A DNA stretch of 64,000 nt from Podarcis vaucheri (lineage: Eukaryota), in NCBI GenBank assembly GCA_965113315.1, contig OZ220364.1. One strand, 5' to 3'. Shown piece after piece: positions 62,101 through 64,000 of the stretch. Position numbers and translations under genes: made by a program. The first letter of the stretch is position 1. Each line of letters starts with the position of its first letter. The notes under the pieces were generated by a model. It saw only the letters and a list, made by a program, of their open reading frames with translations. It did no database searches and was not told where the DNA came from.

Positions 62101-63814
62101 GGGGGGGGGGGGGGCTTACACACAAACCTGCCAATTTCCTATAAATAATCATAGACTTATAGAATTATAGAGTTGGAAGGGACCCTAAGGGTCATCTCTT
62201 CCAACTCCCTGCATACAACACCATTTTGCTCAAATCATTCTTTATTTTTATTATTCGGCTTACCCTCCAGCATGCCCCTAGCAAATGAGAGGGGCTTCTA
62301 TACAGCTGGACAGACTTTCTTCCAGGCTTGACAACTCATTGCATCTGACACCTCATTTTGTCCATTTATTCTGCAGGAAGCAAGCAAGCATAAACAGGCG
62401 AGGGCGCAAAGATCACTGCGGTAAAGCAAAGAAGTGCCACCAGGTCTAGGCACCTCTGGGGAGCCAGCATTGGCTCTGATCTCATAGCTCCATTGCTTGA
62501 ACAACCATGGTTTAAAGCAACAACTTAGTACTTGGAAAAATTAATTAAGAGAGACGCAGAGCCGATTTCCCCAAGACTCAAAACAAATTGGAACACCAAC
62601 ATTTGAACTTATAATGTAAAGATATCTGCTGCCTGAGGAAAACGTTCACCTTTCAAATCAGGACTGGGGACGTAGGAGTTTCTGATGGGTGGGTGTAACA
62701 ATAAGCATTCACTTAAATGGATTGTATGAGGTCAAGAACAGACAAAATATTTAATTCCACCCCTCCTTACAATAAAAGAGCAAATAACTGCCCAATGGGA
62801 AAGTTCCCGAGCATCCTAATCTAAATGACATACTTTGAAGCCAAGCAAAGTAATTTTATTCTGAGTTAAGCAAAAAGAAAAAGGTTTCAACTTTCCTCTG
62901 CCATGACTGCAGCTTTGACTTTGTTTCTATTGTAAATACTGATGGCATTTCTACCCTGGAAAAAACAAGCAAAAACAATCCAACCAAGAACCATACAGAA
63001 TCATTTTTATTGATCATTTGGCAGACGGTTTGGCACAAAGAAATGTACCAAACTTAGGAAGTCACATTACTTTCTGCAACCCTAAGCAGCAACAGTATTT
63101 TAGCCATTTTAAGAGTTAACTACAATATACTCTATATCTGTGAAACAATGGTCCTAATACACAAGGAAAAAGCAGAATCTCTTAAGCAGCTCTGGATTCA
63201 TTTCCACAGTATGCATTGGCCCACTTCAAGGGAAGTCTACCTATTTGATTGTTGGAAATGTAGCTGCTGCCTGAATGCCAGGAAAATCCATAAATCACCA
63301 CAAGAAGACATATTAACAACTGTCTCTTTTCTCATTCACCTCCTGAACAGAGCTATCCATTTGGTTGCTTAGTTTAGGCATGCTGCGACTGATTCATTCA
63401 ATCACTTATTAACATAGTAAAAGCAATTAACAAAAAAAAGTGAAGACAAACAACTAATATCACTACTGCAAAAAAGGGACACCAAAAATCTGTTCCTGCT
63501 TGCAGCTCAACAAATACAAGCTACTTTACTCATCAGAACTCAACTTAAAATTGCTTTAGTGTGCTGTCTGTTATAACAAACCAAAACCATGTAAGATAAA
63601 TAACATACAATAAAGATTTAGGGTTGCACCCAGTGTAGTGCTACGCAGTGTGTTTCATCAGCCCAGGGATCCCCACTTGTACAACTCCTTGCACCCCACC
63701 CTACAAATCTGTTCTGGGTTTCCTTCCCAAGATGTTAGTTGGATACCACCCTTAAAAGCTATTTTCAAAGCTTTTCTAAAAAGTTCAACAAAGGAGACAT
63801 TTTGTATATGCTAC

Positions 63815-63919
63815 CTGGTCTTCCTCCTCATCCTCCTCATCTTCTGCCAAACGCTGCCTGCCCACCTCGTAGAGCCTGCAGACAGTATCCATGTTCATGG
63901 CATCCATGCTTCCTTGGTT
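63815..63919 (-). CDS. DCAF1: DCAF1 coding exon at the end of the WD40 domain ([35 protein letters not shown])
   Basis: cctgtttcag acceptor and CAG|gtagca donor on minus; 105 nt, phase 0-0; the gene continues beyond the window. Confidence 0.95.
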
Positions 63920-64000
63920 CTGAAACAGGAACCAAGATACCAAGTATGGTAGGTTAGCTTCCATCCAACATGCTGGACTGACAAATTCAGCAACACCACC

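Overview
Vertebrate nuclear DNA from a squamate reptile; the Sauria and Squam3-like SINEs point to a lacertid lizard. The window holds the conserved block DOCK3 (+, last 8 coding exons and 3' UTR), MANF (+, complete, 4 exons, 180 aa), RBM15B (+, single-exon 925 aa CDS) and DCAF1/VPRBP (-, last 3 coding exons). All exon phases join in frame. Introns and intergenic DNA carry many mobile elements: a decayed DIRS1 tyrosine-recombinase retrotransposon with recognisable ITR/ICR termini, Penelope-like elements with hammerhead-ribozyme remnants, hAT and Tc1/mariner MITEs with target-site duplications, SINEs and CR1/L2 fragments. There is one 200-N gap. I found no convincing new biological system. The best leads are a DOCK4-like DOCK3 cassette exon next to the DIRS1 end, a candidate alternative DCAF1 terminal exon, a strong-Kozak in-frame uORF before RBM15B, a candidate truncating DOCK3 exon, and the Penelope palindrome/hammerhead structures. 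Gene and repeat identities come from recalled sequence similarity, not database searches.
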